NCBI GenBank assembly: GCA_026770705.1
Contig: JANJGN010000017.1
Coordinates: 86,614,001 to 86,678,000, forward strand
Direction: 5' to 3'
Source of the DNA: Isurus oxyrinchus
Taxonomy: Eukaryota
Length of the DNA stretch: 64,000 nt
In this document: piece after piece, positions 13,301-25,600 of the stretch
How the letters are laid out: every line of letters starts with the position of its first letter
How positions within the stretch are numbered: position 1 is the stretch's first letter
The notes under the pieces: generated by a model
Told to the model about the DNA's origin: nothing
What the model saw: the letters and a program-made list of their open reading frames with translations, nothing else
The model's database searches: none
Program-made: the position numbers and the translations under genes

Positions 13301-13527
13301 CAAAAATACGTCAAGTATTCACAAAGTGAGCAGCTCTTGCTACTGATGCTAGTATATAATTTTAACTTGGAAGCTAGGCATTGGAATTTCGCCACACATT
13401 ACATAAGTTATATGGTGAATGATTTAAGCTGGAGCTCTGCAATCACATATAGATCTGCCTCACTGAGCACTTAGACTTCTAATAAATCGAGTAACTTTTC
13501 TCTGTCTCGGTCTATTTCTCTCTTTAT

Positions 13528-13559
<32 letters not shown>

Positions 13560-13999
13560 CACTCTCTCTCTCTCTCTCTTGGTCTGTCTCACTCTACAAA
13601 TTAGTTTACCTCTTCTATTCATCCTCTTCGATTAATCAGTTGTCAAAGGTTGGATTTAGAAAAATAGAACGATTTTTGCAAGGCTAGCGAAATTCAGACC
13701 ATCATGTTCGTGCTGGCACAAATGAATAATTCTGTCCAATCACACTTTCAATTTCTTGGCAATAATGGGTGTAATAATGATCAGCAGGGGAGATGAGGAT
13801 AATATCAATGATAATAAAATAAGTATAATCATAATCATCATCCTTATTATTGTAATTGTTTTTAATTATTGTCATTCTTAGTGATATCAATAAATATAAT
13901 AGCAACAATAAGGCGATAAAATAGGAGAAGTTGATGAAGAAGAAGGGAATTAGAAGAGATCTTGAAGCCGCTGCCTGAAAAGACGATGTAATGAGGTTC

Positions 14000-14710
14000 A
14001 ATATAATTACAGAGTAACAGATGAAAAAATAACAATCCAGCTCTATATGTGCTTATGTTCTCCATAAGAACATTCTATATAAGCCTCATGGAGTTCTATT
14101 CTTAGCCGATCGCTAGAGCACTGGAACAGGGAAGTTATGCTACAAAGATGCAATTGTAATAACAAAAATAACTCGTTGGGCCACAAACACAGCAATGCGC
14201 TCATTACTGGGTAAATAGGAACGTGGTCAAATGAGAAAGGATAGAGGAGGCAGACAAATGATGTTGCCAAAGATGGAGAATGTTAGCTATGAGGAAGGGT
14301 TTTATACGTGTGGGCAGTTTTCTTAGCAACGAAGGAGGCTATATGAAGATTTAATTGAGCCCTTTCAAATTATGATGAAATTATGGGTGGCTAGATCGAT
14401 AGATACGAATGACCTATTTCTCATCGCAACAGCGTCCTTAAAGAACAGGCAGCGACTTAAAACACTAAATGATATAATAATTCAAACTTATTTGAGGATA
14501 AATGTTTTCACTAAGAGTGTGGCGAGTAATGATAATGCTTTTCTTGAAGGAGTAGTCGAGGTATATGATTTCAGTGCCTTTAAAGCATTGTTGGGCGCTT
14601 CAAGTGTTTACAACTGCTGGTTATAGGGCAAGGGTTCGAGAACTAAAGGATGTTGTGCACCTCTCTTTCGACATGTATGAAAGGATAAAGCCAGGGTCTT
14701 TCTCTGTAGG
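14000..14710 (+). mobile_element. CR1 3' fragment forming the spacer of the inverted duplication
   Basis: gttagctatgaggaagg..gaaggaggctatatgaagatttaattgag corresponds to decayed YEERL..RRLRGDLIE. Confidence 0.65.
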
Positions 14711-14719
14711 CTGCAGCTG

Positions 14720-15085
14720 CTGTTGTTAGTTATCATTATTAGTAGTAGTAGTGTTTTATTAATATTATTATTAGAATTAGTATTATTAGTAGAATTATTA
14801 TTATTAGTGGTAGTAGTATTAGTAGTTGTAATGCTAGCATTGTATTATTCATTATTGCTAATATAAGTACATATAATAGCAATAAAAATAACATCGCCAA
14901 TAATGGTAATAATAATATATTAATGATCACAGTGAAAATGAAGATTGTTAAAATGTTTGTTATTAATATAATAATAATAGCATTTTCATTGTTATTTGTA
15001 TTATTCATAACATTAATATCATCATTAACATGTTATTTCATTGTTATTATATTTCTTGACATTAGCAATGATGACGATTAATATT
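14720..15085 (+). repeat. (TAT/TAG/TAA)n low-complexity tract (also 13770-13920, 29160-29260)
   Basis: Direct reading. Confidence 0.9.
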
Positions 15086-16214
15086 CTCCTGATCTCCTCT
15101 GTTGCTCGATATTACTCTCATTATTGCCAAGTAATTGAGGGGGTTATTAGACAAAATTGCTCACTTCTCCCAGAACGAAAAACATGGTCTGAATAACTCC
15201 AGCTGTGCCATAAAGCTTTCTTTGTTTCTGCATCCAATCATAGACCACTGGGTAAACTGAAGCAGAGTGAATGGGAGAGATTAATATACATGTGGAATCA
15301 GAGAAAGAGACAGAGAAAGGGAAAGAGAGAGAGGTATATAATTCTAATCATGTTACTCGAACTATGTGAAGTGAAATTTCACCACCTAGAAATTCTCCAT
15401 TGCTTATCGGTATCTTCTCAGCCTCAAGTATTAAGTCTGGAAACCATCAATTTAATCCGAGAATATGATCTTCTGGATTATTTGATTTTATACTCAGGAT
15501 CGGACGAGGGACCTTTGGAGTAAAAAGAAAAGTCGTCCAGTGACCGCTGATTTACCCCTGGCTCGATTCGGCGATTATTATTTTTTCCCTAAACGTACGT
15601 TCAACTTTGGCTGATTTGGCAACTTTGGCAAACGAATTGACTAGAAAAACTGTTCACGAACAATAACAATCAGGAAATACGTTTCAATCGGTGGGAAAAA
15701 AAACACTTCTTCCCGCTTTGTCTTTTTAAAACTTGAGCCAGCTAGATTCTTAACGGTGAATGTATGCGGGAGAGAAGGAATAAATTGGAGGGCCACAAAA
15801 ACTTAATGGATCATCACTAGAGTAAGATACAGAAAAAAGAGAGAGAGAGGCAGGCAGAGATACAGAGAGTGAGTGGGAGAGAGAGAAAGAGAGAGAGAAA
15901 GAGGAGGTAGACAGACAGAGGGAGAGACAGAGCGACAGAGAGGGGTAAGAGAAAGAGACAGAGAAGTATCAGGAAACTGGTATGATAACACAGATTGGAA
16001 GAGAGACAAGGTTCGACAAAAAATACAGAGGCATGGCGAATAAATTATCAAGGATGGGGGAAATGCTGGAATCGCTGTGTTTCCAATGGGAACAATGGGT
16101 ACTATGAATTCAACACTTTTTCTTTGTTCTAAAGCGGATCTTCCACAGCCAACCACGATAATGTTATGCATGTCATTCCACCGATAAAAGGACTTGGTTG
16201 ACAGTTTTTTTGTT

Positions 16215-16320
16215 GCTCTGTTGAAGGGTTACGAGGACTCGAAACGTCAACTGTGCTCTTCTCCGCTGATGCTGCCAGAACTGCAGAGTTTTTCCAGGTA
16301 TTTCTGTTTCTGTTTTTGAT
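16215..16320 (+). mobile_element. Short Penelope terminal fragment, different subfamily or older copy
   Basis: ctgttgaagggttacgaggactcgaaacgtcaac...tttttccaggtatttctg; about 10 differences from the other two copies. Confidence 0.85.
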
Positions 16321-18729
16321 TTTTTTTTTCAATGCTGTTGTGTCTTAACAAGCATTTGGGCTCAAATTCAGTGATTAATATCTGGACACTCCGCGAAGTA
16401 CTGAACATTACAGGTGGCCTATTAAATTTCGGGAAGTAAAATCTGCAGAGGAGTAAAGGATGTGACCGTATTGCGTGCCCCCGACCCCAGAAGGCAGCAG
16501 GACAAGCAGGTGTGTCGTTCAAGAAGATACATCGGAAATCTGGTTTCTTCCATAAGTCACAGCAGGTTAAAACTGGGAAGTTTTGCTACACCTGTTTAAA
16601 ACACTATGTGATTACATTTGGAGAACTGCGTACATTTCTGTTCAGTATATTACTGGAAGGACATGAATACATATCTGGGTATTGAAGAACTTTGCGAAGA
16701 TGTCACGAACGGATAAATCTAGCTATGAACAAATGTTTACATAGGCTGGTTCTGTTTTCTTTCGAGCTGAGGTGGCTAAGGAGATGCTCGACAGCGATGG
16801 ATAAAATAATGAGGATTAATGACAGAGTGACCAGGGAGGATTCCACCCACGTAGGCACCGCATCCCCCCACCACCACCCCACCCCACCCCACCCTGCTTA
16901 GATAAGAGATAGATAACCGTGAAATCGATTAAGATAATTTATTGACGGATTAAGGCATTAAGGTGTTTTGAAAATATTTTTTTTTACCCTTAAAGTGACC
17001 TATCTTTGGATATAACTGCGTGGAACTGTTGTTGATTTAGAAATTATCGCCAAATTTAAGATAAAAGTAAACAGAGATTGAAAAAAAAATATGGAGTGAA
17101 ATGTTGATAATTCACAGGTTTTTAGAGCCGAATTTGATCACTGGGATTAGGCTGCATTACAATTCGTGATGTCACATCCTTCTGTGCTCTAAATGTGTAT
17201 TATATTAGGAGGGAGAGAAGGCAGGAGGAATTAGGAGGGAGAGGGCTAAGATAGAGAATGAAAGAAAGAGAGGGCTGTGGTAGCGAGGACAGAAGAAATA
17301 AACATTAGGAAATTGAGAGAAGAATAGGGAGAGATAGGTGGACAGAAATTTTGGGAGATTGAGATAGGGAGAGAGAGAAAGCGAGAGAGAGGGGTGGAGG
17401 TGGCGAGAGAGATTTGGAAGCATATGCGTACATGGAGAGCGGAAGAGGGAATGTCAGATAGAGGGAGAGAGAGAAAGATATACCAGAGTTAAACGGCAGT
17501 ACAAGTAACTTTCCAGAGCAGACAACATATTTGAACCTGTTTGCTTTTAGTACAGTGGGAAAATGGGTTTTATTATGTTTATGTAAAAGTCAGGCTCTCA
17601 CTGATTAATCATCACACTAAAAGATGGAAGTATTCCACAGCAATTCGCTGTAAAATAAAGTCAGTGTTTTCACGTCAAGACAGAGAATGGAGCATGCCTA
17701 TCAAGTTTCTGTCTTAATGCTGCTGTTTCTTGATAAGGATTTTAGTGCAAACCCAATGATTATTAACTGAACATTCTGCTAAACACAAAGAAAACAATTC
17801 GGCGTACTGATAAGTTGCACAATATAAAAAGCTTAGGGGGAGCAAATAATTTTAGGTTTTATGTCCACAGTCCCGGAAGGCTGTAGGGCAAGCAGTTATT
17901 GGGGGAGGAAGGGGGGGGGGGGGCGAGGGGGGGGGGGATTAAGAGGAGATATCGGATACCTTCCTTTATTATCTAATGTACAAAATATAAAAACAAAAAG
18001 AGTTTGTTAAAATTATTGAAAATGTGAGTAGGATCACCGCAGGAGAGTTGCCAAATTATTGGAAGTATATGAACGCAATACAAAGGGTATACTCGAGGCT
18101 TACGAAGATGTCACAAATCAAGAAATGTAGTCACGAGGGATGTTTCGTGAGGTTTGATTTGTTTTCTTTAGAACAGAGATAGCTGAGGAGCTGTTTCTCA
18201 GAGGTGTATTAAATTCTGAGGGATCCCTGAGGGAGTTGACAGAATGCTTTTATTTCTCTTCGATGAGATACAGATAATAGGGGCAGTTGATAAAGTTAAT
18301 TGGATAAAGTATGAAAGAGATTTGAATGACCATTTTTAAATCCTGAAATCGGTCTCTGTCTGGATATGATTCCATGAATTGCTTATTAACATAGAAATTC
18401 TCGTCAGCTAAGAAGAAAACAGTGATTGACAGATATCCACTTGAAATGCCATAACTTACCGAATTACATACCAAGGGCTAATGAGTGGGATTAGTCTGCA
18501 TCGATCTTTCTGGATGCCATCTCGCTCTGTGCTGCCGATGTTTATGATTATATAATAGAGGTAAAGCAGGATCTCAGCAGGGACGGGGGTGAGCAGGAAA
18601 GAAAGTCACAGAGGAATGAAGAGGGGAAACGAGCAGGAGAAAGAGGAGAATACGGGACAAGAGTTAGAGATGGATAGACAGATAAATTGGTCAGTAGTTA
18701 CGTGGGTAGGTGAATAGGTCCTTAGGTAG

Positions 18730-18730
18730 G

Positions 18731-18795
<65 letters not shown>
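18730..18795 (+). repeat. (GATA)n microsatellite
   Basis: Direct reading. Confidence 0.97.
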
Positions 18796-21211
18796 TTATA
18801 GAGATATGGAAAGAGTGAGAGAGAGTGAGCGAAATACAGAGATGAAGGAAGAGATAGAGAGAGATGGAGGGAAAGAGGAAAAACTAAAATAGAGACGTAG
18901 AGCAGAAAGCTAAAAATGGGAAAGATTGGCAGAAATAGAATGACAAATCGCATTACATAGCAAGAATTGGTAGCTGACGCAATCGGTGTATTACTAGGAC
19001 AACGACCATTATTAATAATATTCTCCTCCATGCAACAACTGGTTATGGCTGCTGATATATTGTTTTTTTGTTTGTTTTGAACCGGAATAACGCACAGCCA
19101 ACAATTGCTTTCCGATGTCAGTGGTTTCACACATGAACTCTAAAGGAACTTGCCCAATAAGATTCTACTTCAATGCTGTTGCTGCTTTTAAAAAAAACAA
19201 TTTTGGCGCAAAGGCAATGATTAATGACAGAGCCATTAGTAAACTGTTCAGCGCAAGGGAAAGTATTTGGCGAACTAATACATAGTAAAATGTCTAAAAC
19301 CTGTGGAAGAGCCAAGGGATTCTGCAGGGTAAGCCTGCGAGCGAGGTCACATCTGGAGAACTACCTACTGTCCTGCTGACTACATTACTAGAAGGAAATA
19401 CACACAGTTTAGAAGGCAGATAGGGCATTTACGAAGATGCCACAAATGGAGACATGTGACTACGAGGAAAGTTTCAATAGGCTGAATTTGCTTTCCTAAG
19501 ATCACAGATGACTGAGGTGATATTTAACAGTGATGCAAACAATTATGAACGCCCCTAAAGGACTGGCCAGGGCTAATTTACTTCCCTTGGCTGAGAGATA
19601 AATAACCGGAAAATCGTTTTTGATAATTGGTTGAAGCGTTAAAGTGTTTTGATAATAAATGTTTCTACTCTGACAGTTGTCTATGGTTTGAAATCATTGT
19701 CTGATCTGGGTATCGATGTAGAAGTGCTCAGCAAATTAAAAAAAAACAAAGTTTTTTGAAAAAAGTGCACTTGAAGTCTTAAAATGCCTCATCCAACAGG
19801 ATTGTGTATCAAGAGCTCCGAATTGGGGCCAGGCTGCATTACACTTAGCAGAATTCGGCGCCTCCTGTAGCGTAATGTTTTTATCGTTTTATGAGGAAGA
19901 TAGGGCAGGAAGGATACGAAGAGAGAGAGGTGAGTGAGAGGTAAAGTAAGTGAGGGAATAGCAGTGCAAGGGATAAGAATAGGGTTAAAAGAACGAGGGA
20001 TGGAGAGACAAAGATAGAGAATGGGGCAGATATGAGGGAGAGTTGGAGAGAGGGTGAAAGACACTGTATATGTGTGTTTGTGCCTGAGTGGGTGTGTTCG
20101 TGTGTGTGTGTCTTTGTGTGTGTTTAAGGGAGGGAGAGAGAGAATTTCACAGAGGTAATGCTCCAGTGTGAAAAACTTGGCAATGTTGTGGTAAAGGCTG
20201 AATTCAGCGTATTTTAGTTCAGTGAGAACGAGGCACACTGTTAATAAATCAGTCTATTCACGGTACAACATGATCTCGTTCATGAATAAAGAGATATACA
20301 GAACAAACCGGAAATATTCACAGCCACCCGCTACACAGTTGTGACGCAGGTTTCACACCTGAGCTGGAGACGGGCTTGCCAGGAAGGTTTCCGTTTAAAT
20401 GCTGTCGTTTTTACAACAAACGCTTGGGCCCAAGATGGGTGATTCATAAGTGAACTAACTGAACATTGTTCAATACAGCGCAAAATCATTCAGCGATCAA
20501 ATATATTGCCAGCTATTTTAAAATATGTAAAAGCAAAGGGATTCTGGATTCTATGTCCGAAATCCCCGATATTGGCAGGTAAAGCAAGTATAGGAATTTA
20601 GAAGAGAAATCCGAGAACCATTCAGCACAAAGGAAACGATTGTCTGACCTAAACATTTGAAAGGTATGAAAAGCTGCAGTGGACTAAACGGATTTTGGAT
20701 TGTACGACCACTATCTCTGAGGTGGGATGGCAAGCAGGTATTAGGGTTAAGAAGACAAATCGAATATCCTCCTTAGTTACCTGAAGTACAACAAAAATTA
20801 AAAAGAAAGAGGTTTTGCTATTGTTTTAAAACAGGAGTGAGAACCCAGTAGGAGAAATGTGTACATTTGTACATGTGTACATGCACATGTACATGTGTAC
20901 ATGAAATGTTCCCTACATTACTGGATGGATATTAGGACGGTTTAGAAGGTAAAAAAAAATACCAAGATGTCATGCATGTTGAAATGTAGTTGTGAGAATT
21001 GTGTTGATAGGCTGGGGGTTTGCATTCTTTATAACAGAGATGACTGAGCACGTGTATATCAAAGATGTAGGAAAGTCTAAGGTCGTCTGATAAAGGAGAG
21101 AAGGGGTGAGAGTGGGCCATACAGGCGTAGGCAGGTAAATATGGAAAGGAAAAAAGAAAGCAAGAATCAATAAAAAAAGAGTTAGAAGGTGGAAGCTGGA
21201 GATAAATACTG

Positions 21212-21242
<31 letters not shown>

Positions 21243-22591
21243 CATTTATAAAGTTATGAACGTCCCTGACATAATGCAAAGGAACGATTTATCTCCCTCA
21301 AGCAAGACAGAAAATACCCTAAGAATCGATTAAGTCAATTGGTTGAAGCAGTTGGGTGGTATGAAGCTAAATGTTTTTCTTTCTATCCTGAATGTGATCT
21401 GCATCACACTCTCAGCAATGGTTGTAGGTGTTGAAGCACGCACGAATTTAAAAAAAAAGACAGTGATTGTCAGATATGCAAATAGTAATGCCATAACTTA
21501 CGGGATATTACTCTGAGAGCCGGTTAATGGGCATAGGCTGCTGTCAATTTCCGGAAGCCAGCTCGTCCTGTCCTCTAAATAGTGAGAATTTTATGAGAGT
21601 GATAATGCAGGAGCCATACGGTGAGAGAGAGAGAGAGAGAGAGAGAGGAGGCTAAGAGAGGAAAGAAAGGGGGGAGATTGTTGGGAAACGAGGAGGAGAG
21701 GTGCAGATGGAAAGATAAAGACAGGGGGAAGAGAGAGAGACAGAGAGACAGAGAGACAAAGGGGGAGAGAGGGAGAAAAGGGAACGAGAGAGAGAGAGAG
21801 AGAGAGAGGTGGTGGTGGGGTGGGGAGGGAGTGGTGTTGGGAGAGCAAGAAACTGACCTAGTGATATAGAACAAGAAAACTAAAACAAGAGAAAGATGGC
21901 CAGAAATGGAAGGACAGAGCAAATTAAATAGCAGGATTTGGCAAAGGATACTTCGAGAAAAAAACAGTCACAATTAATTATGCTCTCTCTCCATGTTACA
22001 ACTGGTTAAGGCTGATGATTTAAAACTGCTCTTTTTCTTTTAAAACGGACTAATTCAGAGCCAACAGCTGCATTATGCTGTCAGCGGTTTCACACATGAA
22101 CGGTGAAGGAACTTGCCTAGCATTTTTTTATTTCAACGCTTTTGCTGCTTTTTAAAAATAATCAATGATCGATGACAGAACTATTCAAGACAGGGTAAAA
22201 TATTGGGCAACCTAATAAATTGCACGATATAACAGAAAGCTTTTGATGAGCAATGAGATTCTGGATTATACGCCCGTCATTGCTGAAGGCAGCAGGACAA
22301 GCAGGTATGCTGGTTCAGCAGAGAAATCCATATTTTATTTCATTATTTAAAGTAGATCAGGTAAAAACAAGGAGCCTTTGTTAAAACTGTTGAAAACACG
22401 AGTGAGGTCATAGCTGGCAAAGTGCATGCTGTCCTGCTTACTAAATTGCTGGAAGGGAAGATACACAGATCAGAGGGCACATAAGACATTTACAAAGATT
22501 TCAGGAATGGAGAAATGCAATCACGAGGAGTGTTTCGATAGCCTGACTTTGTTTTATTTTGATCACGGATGGCTGAGGAGATTTTAAACAA

Positions 22592-22596
<5 letters not shown>

Positions 22597-22629
<33 letters not shown>
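22597..22629 (+). repeat. (TA)n microsatellite
   Basis: Direct reading. Confidence 0.97.
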
Positions 22630-22632
<3 letters not shown>

Positions 22633-25600
22633 GGCGCCTGACAGAGAAGACAGGAAGCAATTATTTCACTTAGATGAGATTGATAGCCAGGAAATTATTT
22701 AAGATAATTTGAAAATAAATGTTATCACTGTGAAGGTGATCTGTGTCCGAATATCTCTGCCTTGATTGCTTGTTCAGGTAGGAACTCTCGCTAATTAAAA
22801 ACAAATAATAGTGATTGACAGATATGTACTTATAATGCCATTACTTAAATGATTAGATACCAAGAGCTGGTAAATGCCATAAATTTTCATGACAATTTCT
22901 GGAGGAATATGGAGCGACAGTTGTGAGAGAGCAGAAAGGCAAACTAGGGATGAGGAGGTGAGCAGACAATGAGAAAGAGCAGGGAAAAGAGAGAGAGTTC
23001 TATATAGATAAATTGATGGATAGATGTAGAGAGGGGGCGAGAGAGATCGAGGTAGGTGGAGAGGGATAAATATGGAAAGAAATAAATAAAGCAAGAAGCA
23101 GTAATAAAGAGTTAGAAGGTGGAAACCAGCGAGAAGGAAAGAGAGAGAGGGAGAGAGGGAGAGAGGGGGAGAGAAAGGGCGGAGTGTCTGGTGGGGTTGA
23201 TTTACAGAGACAGCGAATAACTTGACAGGATTGGGGCAAATGGTGGGATCTCCGTCTATCGAATTCGACGTGAAAATGGGTATAATTAATAACGCACTGT
23301 GTGCGTGAGAACACAGGTCCTTGCTGTATAATTAACACATAAAAAGACGGAAGTATTCATCGCTACCCGCTGTATAATTATGTCAGTGTTTTCACACCGG
23401 AGTGACTTGACTGGCAAGTTTCTATGTCAACGCAATTATCCTATAACATGTATTTGGGGTCAGACGCAATGATTCCTAACTGAACAAGCCATGATAAAAA
23501 TGAACACAATGGAAACTATTCGGCGGCCTGAAAAATTACAAGATATGAAAAGCTGCAGAGGAGCAAATGGATTCTGGATTGTACGTGCGTGAACCTTGAA
23601 GGCAGCATGGGCAAGCAGCTATGGGGTTTCAGAAGAAAAATCGTATATATTCCTTTATTATCTAAAGTGTAACAGATTAAATCAGGGAGGCTTTGTTAAA
23701 ACAGTTTAAACACGAGTGAGATCACTGATGGAAAGCTACCTGCAGTCCAGTTGACTACATTGGCAGAGGGATATGCATACATTATTGAGGGTAGAGAGGA
23801 GCTGTACGTGGATACCAGGAAAAGAGACATGAAGCCATGAGGTAGGTTTTGATCGGATGGCGTCGTTCTCCTTATTACAGAATTGGCTGAGGGAATGTTT
23901 AACAGATGTATAAAAGTACGAAAGTCCCTGATAGAGTGTAGAGTAAGATTAATTTCCCTTATGTGAGAAAGAAATATTATAAAAGTCGATTAAGTTAATT
24001 GATTAAATAATTAAGGTGATATGAAAAAAATGTTCTTCTTTTCACACTGAATGTGATCTGTGTCTGGATTGCACGCTCCGCAATGATTGTAAGTCTTGAA
24101 AATCGCATCAATGTATCAATAAACCGTGACTGACATATATGCAAATTGAAATGCCATAACTTATGGGATTTTATACCGAGGGCTGGCAAGTGGGAGTAGG
24201 CTATCTGGCAATTTAAAAATGCTGGGTCCTTCGCTGTTCTACATATTTAGGATTTTATGAGGAAGATAATGCAGGAGCGAAACGGGGAAACAGCGAGGGG
24301 AGGTAAGAGAGGAAAGAAGAGAGGGCGAGAGATGGGAAAACGAGGGTGAGAGGTACAGATAGATAGATAAAGATAAGGGGAAGAGACAAAGAGACAGAGC
24401 ACGAGGGAGAGAAAATTAGTGACAGAGAGGGAGAGAGAGGGAGAGAGAGGCAGATACATATAGATATAACTCAAGTGAGCAAATATCTTTAAGAAATACA
24501 TATAATGAGATAGCCAGAAATTGAGGAATAAGATATGAAAAAAAAGCGACAGTGCGAATAACTTGGCAGGCATTATGGGCATGCTGGAAGGTTTGCTTTT
24601 CCAGTTCTGTGAGAGAAATGGAAACTGATTGTAAAGCACTCTGTTCATGGAGTGATAAAGGCTTGCTAATTATCTGACATATTTGCTTTCAAAATCTGCC
24701 GAAGTAGTCACGGCAAAACGCTGCCTCATGGTCAATGGTTCTATACCTGAGCTATGACGGGAGAGTCCTGGAAACAGAAAATCGACTTCAAATCTGTTTT
24801 TTTTTTTGTCGAGCATTTTGGCGCAGCCTCAATCTACAATAACTGAATAATCCTAGAACTAATCAACACAACGGAAACCAGCTGGTGGCTGAATGCATTG
24901 CACAATATTTTTTTCAATGTAGTGGCGTAATAGGATTCTGCACGCACTCCCTGAAGGCAGCAGGGCAAGCAGGGCTGGAGGTTAAGAATTCAAATCGGTC
25001 ATCTCCCATTAGTATCTGGAGTGTAGCAGATCAAAGAAGAAGGGGACACTTTGCGAAGCATGTTCTTAAAACTAGTGAGATCAGAGTTGGATTATTGTGT
25101 ACACTTCTTTTCATCACATTGCTGAAAGGATAGGATCACAATTTCTAGGGGACAGCGGAAAATTCAGTGGTTGCCAGGAATTGAGAAATGTGGTGACATG
25201 TCTGGCTAGGCTGACTCCGTTTTCCTTCGAAAAAGCATAGTTGAGGAGCTTTCAAACAGATTCGGATACAATTATGATGGAGTGGCAGGTATGATCCATT
25301 TCCCTTTGAATGTGAGATTAATACCTTGGAAAACTGATTAAGGTAATTGGTAGAACGATTAAGGGGCTATAAATCAAATCTTCACCCTGAATGTTTCGAT
25401 TGTCTGGATATCCCTGTCTGCAATAATTTAATGGGTAGAAACTCAACAAATTAAGCAAAGAAAAAAAGACAGATATGCACTTGAAATGTCATTACTTACA
25501 GCATTCTCTACGAATAGAGCTGGAAAGTGGGGTGGAACTGCATTACGCTCTCTGCATGCCAGTTCCTTCTGCGTTTATAATATTTAGGGCATTGTGAGCG

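Larger units (their letters stand above)
13600..15290. repeat. Centre of ancient inverted duplication (inner arms ~13600-13950 and ~14720-15290, ~0.75 kb spacer)
   Basis: attcagaccatcatgttcgtgctgg..caatttcttggcaataatgggtgtaat (13693-13775) vs reverse complement of 15110-15195 (attcagaccatgtttttcgttctgg..caattacttggcaataatgagagtaat); AT-rich tracts on both inner arms. Confidence 0.8.

Noticed and set aside
14739-15008. Hydrophobic Ile/Leu-rich ORF resembling a membrane peptide
   Set aside because: Translation of a (TAA/TAT)n tract.
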